IMG/VR virus record: IMGVR_UViG_2772190661_000001
Span: 63,706-127,705 of that record
Origin: a virus
Lineage: Duplodnaviria; Caudoviricetes
Reading direction: 5' to 3' (one strand)
DNA: 64,000 nucleotides
A program made the translations under genes and the position numbers. The notes under the pieces were generated by a model. It did no database searches, was not told where the DNA came from, and saw nothing but the letters and a program-made list of their open reading frames with translations. The number at the start of each line of letters is the position of its first letter. Position 1 is the stretch's first letter. Shown here one piece after another: positions 1-8,963 of the stretch.

Positions 1-238
1 CTTCATCAGCCGCGCCGCCTCGCGCATCGCGGCGCGCACGTCGAGGAGCCCGGACACGCTCACCTCGCAGGTGGGTGTCCGGCCGTACCGCGGGGAGTAG
101 AGCGGCACGGCCGGACGCGCGATCCCCCACAGGACACGCCACTCGCCACGGCCCGATCTGCCGCGGTGAGAGTCAGGGTTGCCCGGTCGTCTTCACGGGC
201 GCGAGCGGGACCACACGGTCACCACTTCTTAGCCTCGG

Positions 239-267
239 AGTGAACAGCTGATATAGCCCCCAGTCAA
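239..267 (-). promoter_or_regulatory. Putative sigma70-type (late?) promoter TTGACT-N17-TTCACT
   Basis: Minus-strand TTGACT (267-262) and TTCACT (244-239), 17-bp spacer, at the end of the early operon and facing off-window genes. Confidence 0.4.
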
Positions 268-554
268 GCAGGCGTCGTCCGGCGGTGCGGTCTGCGCCCG
301 GCCCAGAACGGCCGGCGTGGTTTCGGCTTGCCCTGCATGTCGTGCCGGGCTTCGACGCCGCGGCGGTCCATCTCGTCCTGGACCGCGTGCCCGTCGTAGA
401 GCGCGCGCCGGGTGGCGGGGTCGTAGCGGACGGGCCGGCAGTATTTGCGGATGGTGTTCGCGGCGACGCCGAGCATGTGGGCGAGGGTGTCGCGGTCGGC
501 GTGGATGGTGTCGCCGACGAACTCGCGGACGAGGACCGGGGTACGGGCGGTCAT
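264..554 (-). CDS. Small HTH DNA-binding protein (possible late regulator)
   Basis: DRDTLAHMLGVAANTIRKY HTH-like segment; ATG at 554 overlaps upstream stop. Confidence 0.6.
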   Translation of the reverse strand: MTARTPVLVREFVGDTIHADRDTLAHMLGVAANTIRKYCRPVRYDPATRRALYDGHAVQDEMDRRGVEARHDMQGKPKPRRPFWAGRRPHRRTTPA

Positions 555-916
555 GCCTTCCACTCCTCGCGCCATCCTTCGCGGCCGGCGTATGGCTGGG
601 CGAGCGCGTGAACGGCGTCCGACCACGCGTCGTTGTATCCGCCGTAGCCGGGCCCGAGGTCGAGGATTCGCCGCTTGGCGTCGATCTCGGCCAGGACGCG
701 TGTCGGGTCCCAGCGGGCCATGTGCACGCCGGACTTGCGCAGGCTGCCGCCCCAGGGCCCGGTCGCAAGAAAGCCGTTGCCGCCAGTGCCGACCATGTTG
801 ACGTCGCCCTCGTCGCAGGCCGCCCATTCGGTTGTGCTGTGATCGGCGGCGGCGGACGCGACCCGCTCGTCCTCGTCGAGCTGCGTGCGCAGAAACGCCA
901 CCAGCTCGGCGGTCAT
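551..916 (-). CDS. DUF6221 family protein
   Basis: LVAFLRTQLDEDERVA...RWDPTRVLAEIDAKRRIL...LAQPYAGREGW signature. Confidence 0.85.
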   Translation of the reverse strand: MTAELVAFLRTQLDEDERVASAAADHSTTEWAACDEGDVNMVGTGGNGFLATGPWGGSLRKSGVHMARWDPTRVLAEIDAKRRILDLGPGYGGYNDAWSDAVHALAQPYAGREGWREEWKA

Positions 917-1221
917 GCCGCCGCCTCCGTCGCAGCGCGGACCAGCTGGTCGAGGTAGTTCGGTGGGGCGAACGCGTCGCCGTACATCGGGTGCTCCGGC
1001 GGGATGGTCTTGAGCCGGAAGTTGCCGAGCCTGCAGATGTCCTCCCACTTCTCCACCCACCGTTTGCCGCGCGAGAAGACGCGGACGGTGATTCGGTCGT
1101 GGCCGTTGCCGGGGTTGACGAGGGTGACGTAGGCGCGGGCTCCGACGGCGGCGGTCGGCGTGGGGCGCATGTAGTTGCACTGGATGACCTGCCGGTCGCT
1201 GTCGCCGTTCATGCCGCCCAC
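913..1221 (-). CDS. Phage hypothetical protein
   Basis: Coupled ORF in the phage operon. Confidence 0.65.
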   Translation of the reverse strand: MGGMNGDSDRQVIQCNYMRPTPTAAVGARAYVTLVNPGNGHDRITVRVFSRGKRWVEKWEDICRLGNFRLKTIPPEHPMYGDAFAPPNYLDQLVRAATEAAA

Positions 1222-1248
1222 GGTATCCGCCGTCGCGCTGCCCTCGCG

Positions 1249-1968
1249 CTATCCGACCTGCCGGAAGCGTGGGCTCCCCCAGATCGGTGACACCTCGACG
1301 CGCGCGCCCGGATACGGGGCGTGGACCATGAGCCCGTCGCCGAGGTACAGGCCGACGTGTCCGGGGAGGACGACGATCGCGCCCGGCTCGGCCTGCGACC
1401 TGGACACGCCTCGCCCGCGTTGGGCTTGTGCCCCGGTGTAGTGCGGGAGCCGCACGCCGGCCTGTGCCCAGGCGGCCATGGTCAGCCCGGAGCAGTCGTA
1501 CCCGCCCGGCCCGACGCCGTTCTCGATGTACGGCTTCCCGACCTGGGCGAGCGCGAAGTCAACGGCGGGATGCGACGAGCGCGGGCGGCGCGGCTTGGAC
1601 GAGGCGGGACGTCCCCGCTTCTTCGGCGCGTTCTTGCCCTTGGCCGGCGTGGACTCGGCGCGCTTCTCGGCCCGGCGCTCGCTGCTCCCCCGGCTGGCCC
1701 GGACGGCGCGCTCCTGCCGCTCGACGGCCTCCGACATGGCGGCCAGCTCGGCACGCGCGGTCAGCGCCTCCCGCTGGACGGGGAGTCCTGCTCCTAATTT
1801 GCTGCCAGTTGCTCCCAAGTTAGGAGCAGGACTCAGCTCGACGGCCGCCGGTATGCGGGTCCGGTGCTGGTCCTGCGCGGCCGCCGTGGCGGCCTGGTCC
1901 GGGGCGAGCAGCGCCGGCATCCCGACGGCGGTTGCGGTGAGGAGGGTGACGGCGATGCGTACGCGCAT
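1249..1968 (-). CDS. Secreted NlpC/P60 (C40) peptidoglycan endopeptidase
   Basis: Signal peptide MRVRIAVTLLTATAVG; AQVGKPY...YDCSGL...GHVGLY...MVHA catalytic Cys/His/His. Confidence 0.92.
   Translation of the reverse strand: MRVRIAVTLLTATAVGMPALLAPDQAATAAAQDQHRTRIPAAVELSPAPNLGATGSKLGAGLPVQREALTARAELAAMSEAVERQERAVRASRGSSERRAEKRAESTPAKGKNAPKKRGRPASSKPRRPRSSHPAVDFALAQVGKPYIENGVGPGGYDCSGLTMAAWAQAGVRLPHYTGAQAQRGRGVSRSQAEPGAIVVLPGHVGLYLGDGLMVHAPYPGARVEVSPIWGSPRFRQVG
1783..1834. repeat. 19-bp inverted repeat (18/19 match, 14-bp loop) inside the NlpC/P60 linker
   Basis: GAGTCCTGCTCCTAATTTG ... CAAGTTAGGAGCAGGACTC. Confidence 0.85.
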
Positions 1969-2198
1969 GCGGCTCCGTTGGTCGGCCCGGTGCTCGCGTG
2001 CGTGGCCTGTTGGACCGGGCGCGGGTGCGCTGGTCGCGGTGTGGTGCTGGTCAGGCTCCCGGGCGGTGTCACGTCGGGCATTGTGCGCAGACGCGGGGCG
2101 CGCGGGTGGCGTTCTACTGCGGGATTGGGCCTGACTTTCACTCGGCGTGGGTACGCAGTGGACCGGGAGTAAGCGATGCTCACTCCCGGTCCACAAGG

Positions 2199-2492
2199 TC
2201 AGTACAGCCGGATCGGCCGCCGCAGCGCCTCCTGCAGCGCAGCCTCGGCCGCATCCTCGTCAATCACGTACGCCTGGCCCTCCGGCATGATCGACGACGG
2301 CTTGACCGTCACCCGCTGCGCCCCAGACTGCTCAACCGCGGCGCTGACCATGTCGGCCTGGTCGGGGTGGCAGATGACCGTCCGGCGCGGGTGGATGGCG
2401 TCGTAGATGGCGTTCATCTCCGCGAGCAGCGCGTCCACGTCGAGCGGAGGCGACGGCTGCGGCGGCTTGATGCGGAGGTGGCCCAGGTCCAT
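2199..2492 (-). CDS. Phage hypothetical protein
   Basis: Coupled ORF MDLGHLRIK... Confidence 0.65.
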   Translation of the reverse strand: MDLGHLRIKPPQPSPPLDVDALLAEMNAIYDAIHPRRTVICHPDQADMVSAAVEQSGAQRVTVKPSSIMPEGQAYVIDEDAAEAALQEALRRPIRLY

Positions 2493-3397
2493 CAGATCCG
2501 CCCCGCCATCGCGTCCGCCCACGCCCGGCGAGACGGCTCGTCGTCCAGCCGGAAGTCCGGCGCGGGCCCGCCGTTCTTCGGTGCCGTGCCGAGGTCGTCC
2601 CACCACGAGACGCCCCGGCAGCCCTCGGCGCGCAGCCTGGCCACGCACGCCACCATCAGCTCTGCGCGCCGGCCGCCGGTCGGGTCGTCCGGCCGCTTGG
2701 CGATGCCGAACTCCGGCAGGAACGGGGCGGTCCCGGTCACCTCAGCGAGGGTGAGCGGCGCCCACAGCAACTCGGCAACAGTCGGGTACGGCTTCCACGA
2801 GCGCGCGTACGTGTCAACGGCCGGGGCGCCCACGCCCGGCAGGTAAATCGAAAGGTCCCGGCCGCCCTTGTCCTCGACCCAGATGTTCGCGTCGATGTGG
2901 ACCAGCTCGACGATGCCGCCCTGGCCGAACTCGGCCAGCATGTTCGCGAGGACGAACTGGCGCCGCCGGTACTCGCGCGGGTCCGCGTCCTTCGGCCCGG
3001 GCTCGTGCATGTGGGAGATCAGGTAGTGCGGGAGCCCGTCGCGGCGCGGCGCCATGTTCGCAGGCGGTAGCCAGGCGCGGAGCATCTTCCGGGCGGTGTC
3101 GTCGTCTCCCCAGTCCTTGAAGCTGACGTGTGGGATCACACCTGGGCAGAGCTGCTGGACCTCGTTGATGCGCTGGTCGTCGTGGGGGCGCTGCCTGTCG
3201 TCGAGGACGGTGCGGGGCGGGATGCCCTTGCCGGGGCCGCCGAAGATCCGGGTCATGCGGGCGGCGGGCCAGCGGGCGAGGCGGGTGCCGTAGTCCTTGG
3301 GGTCGCAGGTGATGCCGACGAGCATGGCCGCCGGCGGGTAGGTGATCGTGACGGTGGCGGGCTGGCCGGTGTTGGTCGTACCGGTAATCGTGGTCAT
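2492..3397 (-). CDS. Putative GH26-like (clan GH-A) glycoside hydrolase
   Basis: HEP acid/base-like motif, FLPEFG nucleophile-like motif, GVSWWD near the C-terminus. Confidence 0.5.
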   Translation of the reverse strand: MTTITGTTNTGQPATVTITYPPAAMLVGITCDPKDYGTRLARWPAARMTRIFGGPGKGIPPRTVLDDRQRPHDDQRINEVQQLCPGVIPHVSFKDWGDDDTARKMLRAWLPPANMAPRRDGLPHYLISHMHEPGPKDADPREYRRRQFVLANMLAEFGQGGIVELVHIDANIWVEDKGGRDLSIYLPGVGAPAVDTYARSWKPYPTVAELLWAPLTLAEVTGTAPFLPEFGIAKRPDDPTGGRRAELMVACVARLRAEGCRGVSWWDDLGTAPKNGGPAPDFRLDDEPSRRAWADAMAGRI

Positions 3398-4071
3398 GCG
3401 ATCTCTCCTTGGTGGCGTGCGACGGCGTCGCGGACGGCGCGGGCAAGGTCAGGGTCGGGCCGGTCGGTGTAGACCATGACCACCTCGGTTTTGGCGGGCA
3501 GCATCGTCGCCACCCGGATCGGGGCCGGGCTGCCCCCGTAGCTGCGCTGCTCTCGGCCGACGGTCCGGCCGTGCTCGTTCTTGATCTCGACGGTCTCGAC
3601 GCGGCGGACCGAGGTCACGTGCTGGGTGATGCACTGGGTTCCGCCGTGGGGTGGCAGGAGTTCCCAGTGGCTGGCCTCGGTGCAGGCGTGGCAGCACAGG
3701 TCAGCGGGCGCTTCGCAGTTGCGGTTACGCATGTCGCAGCACGCGGCGGCGGGCGGCTGCGTACTGGCCGGCGGCTCGTCGCGCTCGTGGCAGCCGAGGT
3801 CGACGGCCCAGGCGCGTTCGAGCCAGCCGCGGTCGACCTGGTCGTGCATCGGGTCCCAGAAGTGCGAGCCGCGCTCGGTGTTGCGGGCGAGGTCGTCGAG
3901 GACCCGCTCCTCCAGGAGCCGCTTGAGGGCTGCGCACGGGGCGCAGCAGATCGGGCAGCAGCCGCCGACCTCGGGGTCTTCGGTGGCCGACCACAGCGAG
4001 GACAGGGCGTGCGAGGTGAGTTGGGCGGCCGTCTCGCGCGGCAGGGTGTACATCAGTGCCAGGTTGTTCAT
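3394..4071 (-). CDS. Cys-rich phage hypothetical protein
   Basis: CCPICCAPC and CCHACTE clusters; coupled ORF. Confidence 0.6.
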   Translation of the reverse strand: MNNLALMYTLPRETAAQLTSHALSSLWSATEDPEVGGCCPICCAPCAALKRLLEERVLDDLARNTERGSHFWDPMHDQVDRGWLERAWAVDLGCHERDEPPASTQPPAAACCDMRNRNCEAPADLCCHACTEASHWELLPPHGGTQCITQHVTSVRRVETVEIKNEHGRTVGREQRSYGGSPAPIRVATMLPAKTEVVMVYTDRPDPDLARAVRDAVARHQGEIA

Positions 4072-4080
4072 GCGGGCTCC

Positions 4081-4356
4081 TCAGAGGATGACGGTGCACG
4101 CGCCGCACAGCGCGTACGTGACGAGCAGGACGAGCCCGACCGCGGCCGCGAGCCGGAGACGGGCGAGCCGCTTCCACCCGCGTAGAGGCCGCCCGTAGAC
4201 GGCTCCGCGTTCGGCGTGACGGCCGGAGATCCGGTGGACGGGCGGCGGCGGGGTGAGGAGTTCGGCTACGGCGGCGGCGCCGACGAGCAGGTGCCGGCCG
4301 ATCCGGGCCCACAGTTCACGGCGGGTCGGCGGTGGGGCCCAGGGCGCGCGGGTCAC
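4081..4356 (-). CDS. Small membrane protein
   Basis: GTG start overlapping the upstream stop; hydrophobic C-terminus. Confidence 0.5.
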   Translation of the reverse strand: MTRAPWAPPPTRRELWARIGRHLLVGAAAVAELLTPPPPVHRISGRHAERGAVYGRPLRGWKRLARLRLAAAVGLVLLVTYALCGACTVIL

Positions 4357-5582
4357 GCCGCCACCTGCTCGTGGACGGCGATGCAGCGGCCGATCTCGGG
4401 CCGGAACATGCGCTTCGAGTCGCGCGGTTCGGTGACGTCGTGCCAGCCGACCGGGAGCCTGCCGCCACAGTCGCTGCACGCCGGCGCCCACGGCGAGGCC
4501 TGCGCGCGCTCGGCATCCTCGGTCGAGTACCGGCGCCGCTTGTCGACCGGCCAGTGGCGTTGGATCTGGACGGCGAGGTCGAGCCAGCCGCGCCCCTGCG
4601 CCCATGACGAGCGGCAGCGCCCGCAGTCGACCATGGTCGTGTGCGGGTCCTGCCACAGCGAGAAACCGCACGGCTGCTCGGCGCCGCTGTCGCGGTCGGT
4701 GAGCAGCGTCGGGCACCGGCCCAGATACGTTTCATCGCGGGTCTCGCCCAGGGCGCGCTCGAGTTCGGAGTGCAGGGCGCGCAGCTCGGCGTGCAGGCGG
4801 GGGATGCCGCCGAGGTTCCGGTCGCAGGCTTCGTCGAGCCAGCGGAGCAGCCAGCGCACGTCCCGGTCGGCGGCGGCGACGGTCCGGACGGCCCCGAACC
4901 GGGCACCCCACTCACCTGCGGCGGTGTCGGCGTGCTGGCCGGGGCCGGGCCCGAGCAGCATCCAGCCGACGGACATGCGCGGCTCGGCGTCGTCCTGGTC
5001 GGCGGCGATCCCGGTCGGTTCGCGGCCGGGGACGGACAGGCCCGCCTCGCGCCGCCACGCTGCGACGGTCGCGCGCAGCCACTCGACCGGCGGGATGGAG
5101 CCGACCTGGTCGTCCGGGAGGGCGTAGAGCTGCCGTCCGTCGGGGCCGGTGACGGGCTCCTGGGTCCAGGTGACGATCTGCTGCTCGCGGGCGGTGGCCA
5201 TGGTCCCGCCTCCGGCGAGCCGCACGGTCCCGGCGACGGTGACGGTGGAGAGTACGGCCGTCTTGCGGACGAGCGGCTGCAGGGCCCGGTGGTCACGGAT
5301 GACGGTCGCCGCGCCGGGCCCGAGGAGTGACAGGACGTCGAGCCGGGCCGGGGTTGGGCTGCCGGTCCGGGAGGTGGTGACGCGCTCCCCCTGCGGCGTC
5401 GACCCGGGCAGGAGGCAGAGGGCGAGCCGGGCGATCTGGCCGGGCATGGCGGTCAGCCAGTCGGACATGCGGACCCGGCAGACGGGGCAAGCCGCGCCTT
5501 CGTGTGGGCGGCGGTGTCCGCAGCACGGGCACGGGAGGTCAGGCGTTCGGACGATATCGGGCGTTTCAACGTTGCGCGTCAT
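4353..5582 (-). CDS. Zn-binding phage protein (possible transcriptional regulator)
   Basis: N-terminal CPCC/CPVC; C-terminal GRCP...C...CGRC and CSDC zinc ribbons. Confidence 0.65.
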   Translation of the reverse strand: MTRNVETPDIVRTPDLPCPCCGHRRPHEGAACPVCRVRMSDWLTAMPGQIARLALCLLPGSTPQGERVTTSRTGSPTPARLDVLSLLGPGAATVIRDHRALQPLVRKTAVLSTVTVAGTVRLAGGGTMATAREQQIVTWTQEPVTGPDGRQLYALPDDQVGSIPPVEWLRATVAAWRREAGLSVPGREPTGIAADQDDAEPRMSVGWMLLGPGPGQHADTAAGEWGARFGAVRTVAAADRDVRWLLRWLDEACDRNLGGIPRLHAELRALHSELERALGETRDETYLGRCPTLLTDRDSGAEQPCGFSLWQDPHTTMVDCGRCRSSWAQGRGWLDLAVQIQRHWPVDKRRRYSTEDAERAQASPWAPACSDCGGRLPVGWHDVTEPRDSKRMFRPEIGRCIAVHEQVAA

Positions 5583-5697
5583 CGTGGTGCTCCCGTGATC
5601 GGCTACGGTGCGAGACGCGATGCAACGGGGCTGCTGGGGAGCGGTTCTAGCTGCGGGAACGGCTCGGGCGACTTCGGACGCGCTCGGGCCGTTCGGC

Positions 5698-6021
5698 TTA
5701 TCTGGGCCGGGAGCCCCAGTCCTGTATCGCGGCGACCGCTCTCACGGTCCGATGGGCCAGCCGCACCGTGCGCGCGGTCGGCCGCCGGCCAGATAGCCGC
5801 ACCAGGGCCGCGAGCAGCCACGGGCTGTCCGCGTCGTACGGCTCCCCCATCGCCACCACGATCTGCAGGGCGCCGAGCATGTCCGCAACCGCGTCCTCGT
5901 TGTATCGGTGCCACCACGGCAGCCCGGCGTTAACCTCGGCGCGGACCGCGGCCACCCACTCCGGGTCCGCGGCGTCCATGGCGCGCTCCATCGCCTCGAT
6001 CACGTCGTCGGTGTCGGTCAT
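5698..6021 (-). CDS. Phage hypothetical protein
   Basis: Coupled ORF MTDTDDVIEAM... Confidence 0.55.
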   Translation of the reverse strand: MTDTDDVIEAMERAMDAADPEWVAAVRAEVNAGLPWWHRYNEDAVADMLGALQIVVAMGEPYDADSPWLLAALVRLSGRRPTARTVRLAHRTVRAVAAIQDWGSRPR

Positions 6022-6812
6022 GCGGCGATCCCCTTCATCGTCGGCTCGGCCGTCGCCAGGTCGATGTGACGAACGATCGACTCCCACACCCGCTCCTCCG
6101 CCGTCTGGACGCCGAGCTCGCTGAGGACTCCGACGATGACGACCTGGATGAGGACACCGACCTGCTTCGCCAGGTCGATCTTGGCTTGAGCGACGTTCGC
6201 CGAGACCGCCAGCGCGCAGAACTTGCCGACCATCTCGTGCGCCTTCCGCTCCAGCTCCGTCAGCGCCCGCACACCCTCGTCGACGGCGTAGACCAGGCCG
6301 CGGTCCGCGTCGTACTTGTGGCCGACGAGCGCGGTCACACCGCCCTGGGCGAAGACCCGGTTCAGGTCGGCGCGCGCGGTCTGGAGCTCGGGGTGTTCGT
6401 GCTGCCGCCGGCCCTGCTCGTCGACCTCGATCTGCTCGTCGATGAGGACGATCTGCTCCGCGGCGTGCGCGCGCTGGAGGCGCTCGGCGGCCTCGTACGC
6501 CTGCCCGATCAGGGAGCCGTACAGGTTGCAGCGCCACTTCCAGAACGCGATCAGGCGCAGGATTTCGACGCGCGGGTCGATGCTGGCCCCGTCGTGCCCG
6601 TCGAGGGTCCATTCGTTGAGCTGGAGACGAATCTGGCCTTTCGCGGCGTGCTCGGCCGGGGCGACGCCGGCGTGCCGGAGGCAGCCGGTGGTGCCGGGGG
6701 TGACCCATTGGCCGCACCAGCCGCCGCGGTTGTTCTTGTGCCGGTGGTGGCCGCATTTCTTCGGGTCGGTGGGCGGTGGCCCCATGGCGTTGTCGTTCCG
6801 CATGACCTTCAC
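6018..6812 (-). CDS. Terminase small subunit-like protein (HGGxSTG-like N-terminus)
   Basis: KCG...GWC...GTTGCLRHAG motif followed by a helical domain, as in actinophage TerS-like proteins. Confidence 0.55.
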   Translation of the reverse strand: MKVMRNDNAMGPPPTDPKKCGHHRHKNNRGGWCGQWVTPGTTGCLRHAGVAPAEHAAKGQIRLQLNEWTLDGHDGASIDPRVEILRLIAFWKWRCNLYGSLIGQAYEAAERLQRAHAAEQIVLIDEQIEVDEQGRRQHEHPELQTARADLNRVFAQGGVTALVGHKYDADRGLVYAVDEGVRALTELERKAHEMVGKFCALAVSANVAQAKIDLAKQVGVLIQVVIVGVLSELGVQTAEERVWESIVRHIDLATAEPTMKGIAA

Positions 6813-6855
6813 CTCCGTCTCGTCTCGGACCTCAACCTTGTATCAGGTTGTCGCG

Positions 6856-7266
6856 TCATCTACCACTCGCGGCCTGCGGCTGTGCGTGGTCGCGGATCTG
6901 TTCGCTCCAGGTTTTGGGCGGGTCGATCGCGGCCCCGGCGGCAACGCCCGCCCGGTAGCCGCTCCCCCACGACGCGCTGTGGACGTCGGGCAGGAGCCCG
7001 ATCGTGGCGAGTGCGTCGAGCGCTTCGCCCGGCTGGCGGAGACGCACGACGAGGCGGGTCATCCACCCGGTCCATTCCCCGTCGCATTCCTGGACGGTGA
7101 GCGTGTCGCCGTTCATCTGGATTCGGTGGGCTGGCCATTCGCCGCGGGCGGACTGCCAGGTGTGGAGTCCGTCTCGGCCGGTGCGCGGGTAGCGCTTCGT
7201 CCAGCCGTGCTGGCGCACCCAGCGGAGCGCGCGGATGATGCGCAGCTGCAGGTCGGGTTCGGTCAT
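6856..7266 (-). CDS. Phage hypothetical protein
   Basis: Coupled ORF MTEPDLQLR... Confidence 0.6.
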   Translation of the reverse strand: MTEPDLQLRIIRALRWVRQHGWTKRYPRTGRDGLHTWQSARGEWPAHRIQMNGDTLTVQECDGEWTGWMTRLVVRLRQPGEALDALATIGLLPDVHSASWGSGYRAGVAAGAAIDPPKTWSEQIRDHAQPQAASGR

Positions 7267-7559
7267 CGTCGTCGTCCTCGTCTCGGTGTCGGGTGCTGGG
7301 TGCGTTCGTGCTGCCGGATGCGCAGGATCGCGTCGTGGTCTCCTGCGGCCGGCCCGGCGCCGGGGCAGCTCTCGCGGATGCACCGCCAGCCGTCCGCCTG
7401 CGGGATGTCGTCCGGCAGGTCGCAGCCGGGGTGAGTGGAGAATCCGCCGGCCGCCGCCGCGGGGTGGAGCGGCCAGCCGCAGTCGGCGGCGCAGGTGAGT
7501 CCGGTGTGCACGGCTTCGTCGAGGACGCGGGTCCGGCCCGGGGCGACGGCGGTGGTCAT
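7263..7559 (-). CDS. Phage hypothetical protein (Cys/His-rich)
   Basis: Coupled ORF; CAADCG...HPGC. Confidence 0.55.
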   Translation of the reverse strand: MTTAVAPGRTRVLDEAVHTGLTCAADCGWPLHPAAAAGGFSTHPGCDLPDDIPQADGWRCIRESCPGAGPAAGDHDAILRIRQHERTQHPTPRRGRRR

Positions 7560-7780
7560 GCGGTGCCACTCCGGACAAGGTCAAGAAGGAACGCTCTCCT
7601 CCGGACCAGGTCGAGGAACGCCGCCCAGGCGAGGAAGTCGAATTCGAGCATGGGCGGGAACGGGTCCCATTCCTCTTCCGAGGCGTAGACGAGCACGCGG
7701 CGCTCCTTGGGGGCGATCCCGACCTCGACGCAGGTGTGCGACTCGCAGCGGGACGACTTCCGCCAGGCCATGTCAGCCAC
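7556..7780 (-). CDS. DUF397 domain protein
   Basis: WRKSSRCESHTCVEVG...F...AWAAFLDLVR signature. Confidence 0.85.
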   Translation of the reverse strand: MADMAWRKSSRCESHTCVEVGIAPKERRVLVYASEEEWDPFPPMLEFDFLAWAAFLDLVRRRAFLLDLVRSGTA

Positions 7781-7988
7781 GTCGCTTCCCGAACGCCAGG
7801 TAGAGGCCGCCGAGCACGAGCAGCACGGCGAGCGCGAACAGCGCGCTGATCCACAGCGGCGACAGGACCCACCACCAGCTCCAGTCGATGTAGCCGGTGA
7901 GCTTGAGGCCGATGAACAGGACGGCGAGCAGGCCGGCGAATCCGATGCTGCCTCCGCCACTGTTGGACGAGGTGGAGCTGCTGCTCAC
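7773..7988 (-). CDS. Small two-TM phage membrane protein
   Basis: GFAGLLAVLFIGLKLTGYIDWSWWWVLSPLWI, a widespread phage membrane family. Confidence 0.8.
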   Translation of the reverse strand: MSSSSTSSNSGGGSIGFAGLLAVLFIGLKLTGYIDWSWWWVLSPLWISALFALAVLLVLGGLYLAFGKRRG

Positions 7989-8275
7989 GGGGTCTCCTTC
8001 GGGGTTCGGTGCTGGTCCATGCAGGCGCACCCGCACGGCTTGGCCTGGGTGAGCGCGGCCCGCTGCTCGTCGGTGGTCGCGCCGGCGTGGGCGGCCTCGT
8101 CGGCGTCCATCCACGTGTGCGGGTCTGCCGGGCACTCCCTGAACTGGCACGGGTAGCACCTGGTCCAGCAGATCCCGGCGGCGCCGGACCCAAGCGCGAC
8201 GGCGATCTGCGCAGCCTGGCCGTCGGTGAGCGGCGGGGCGTCCATCTGCGCGCGGAGAATGACGGGCTCAGCCAT
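7985..8275 (-). CDS. Phage hypothetical protein (Cys-rich)
   Basis: Coupled ORF MAEPVIL... Confidence 0.55.
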   Translation of the reverse strand: MAEPVILRAQMDAPPLTDGQAAQIAVALGSGAAGICWTRCYPCQFRECPADPHTWMDADEAAHAGATTDEQRAALTQAKPCGCACMDQHRTPKETP

Positions 8276-8963
8276 GGCGCGTCTCCTCGCCGGGTGTCTG
8301 CTGGTCGCGGGCCGCGTACAGGTCGTCCACGCTGGTCCGTCTGTTGAGCCAGTCGTCGATCGCCTGGTGGAGGCGGTCACGGTCGCGCTCGGCGTGCCGG
8401 AGCCGGTCAACGATCGGCTGGAGGTGTGCCCAGAGGGCGTCGCTGACGTACGGGACGCCGGAGCACGCGCACGGCCGGGTCGCGCCGGGGCAGGCGGGCT
8501 CGTCGTGGCAGTGGTGCCATTGGAGGTAGTCGGGGGCGTTCGGGTCGTTGTCGTCGGCGTCGTAGCAGCCGGACTGGACGATGACGGCGCCGATCGCGGC
8601 CCGGATGCGTTCCTCGGTGAGGGGCGCGTCGCCGTTCGGCCCGCTGAGAGCGTCCAGGGCGACTTGGGGGTTACCGGGGTATGCGGCGGGTGGGTTCGAG
8701 CCTCCTGCGGGGCGCTCAGCATGCCGGACGGCAGTCTCTGGTTCGGTCATCGGGTCTCCAATCAGGTCGAGCAACGTCGGCCCTGCCTGCCGCGCAACTG
8801 GCAAACGAGGGCTGGTCGCGTTTCGGGGGTGCGGGATGCCGTACCTGGCCGCGCAGTCCGGGCCGTAGCCGACCGCGCGCGACACCGAGTCCGTGAGGAG
8901 CTGGCCGCAGCCGCCACGGCACGGGACCGGCGTAAGGCCAGCGAAGGGCAGGAGCGCGGTCAC
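8268..8963 (-). CDS. DUF6011 domain protein in frame with a second hypothetical domain
   Basis: CRGGCGQLLTDSVSRAVGYGPDC; internal GGAG plus ATG at 8750. Confidence 0.7.
   Translation of the reverse strand: MTALLPFAGLTPVPCRGGCGQLLTDSVSRAVGYGPDCAARYGIPHPRNATSPRLPVARQAGPTLLDLIGDPMTEPETAVRHAERPAGGSNPPAAYPGNPQVALDALSGPNGDAPLTEERIRAAIGAVIVQSGCYDADDNDPNAPDYLQWHHCHDEPACPGATRPCACSGVPYVSDALWAHLQPIVDRLRHAERDRDRLHQAIDDWLNRRTSVDDLYAARDQQTPGEETRHG

Noticed and set aside
1-63. Start of the terminase large subunit on the minus strand
   Set aside because: Only ~20 codons are visible (VSVSGLLDVRAAMREAARLMK), too few to assign
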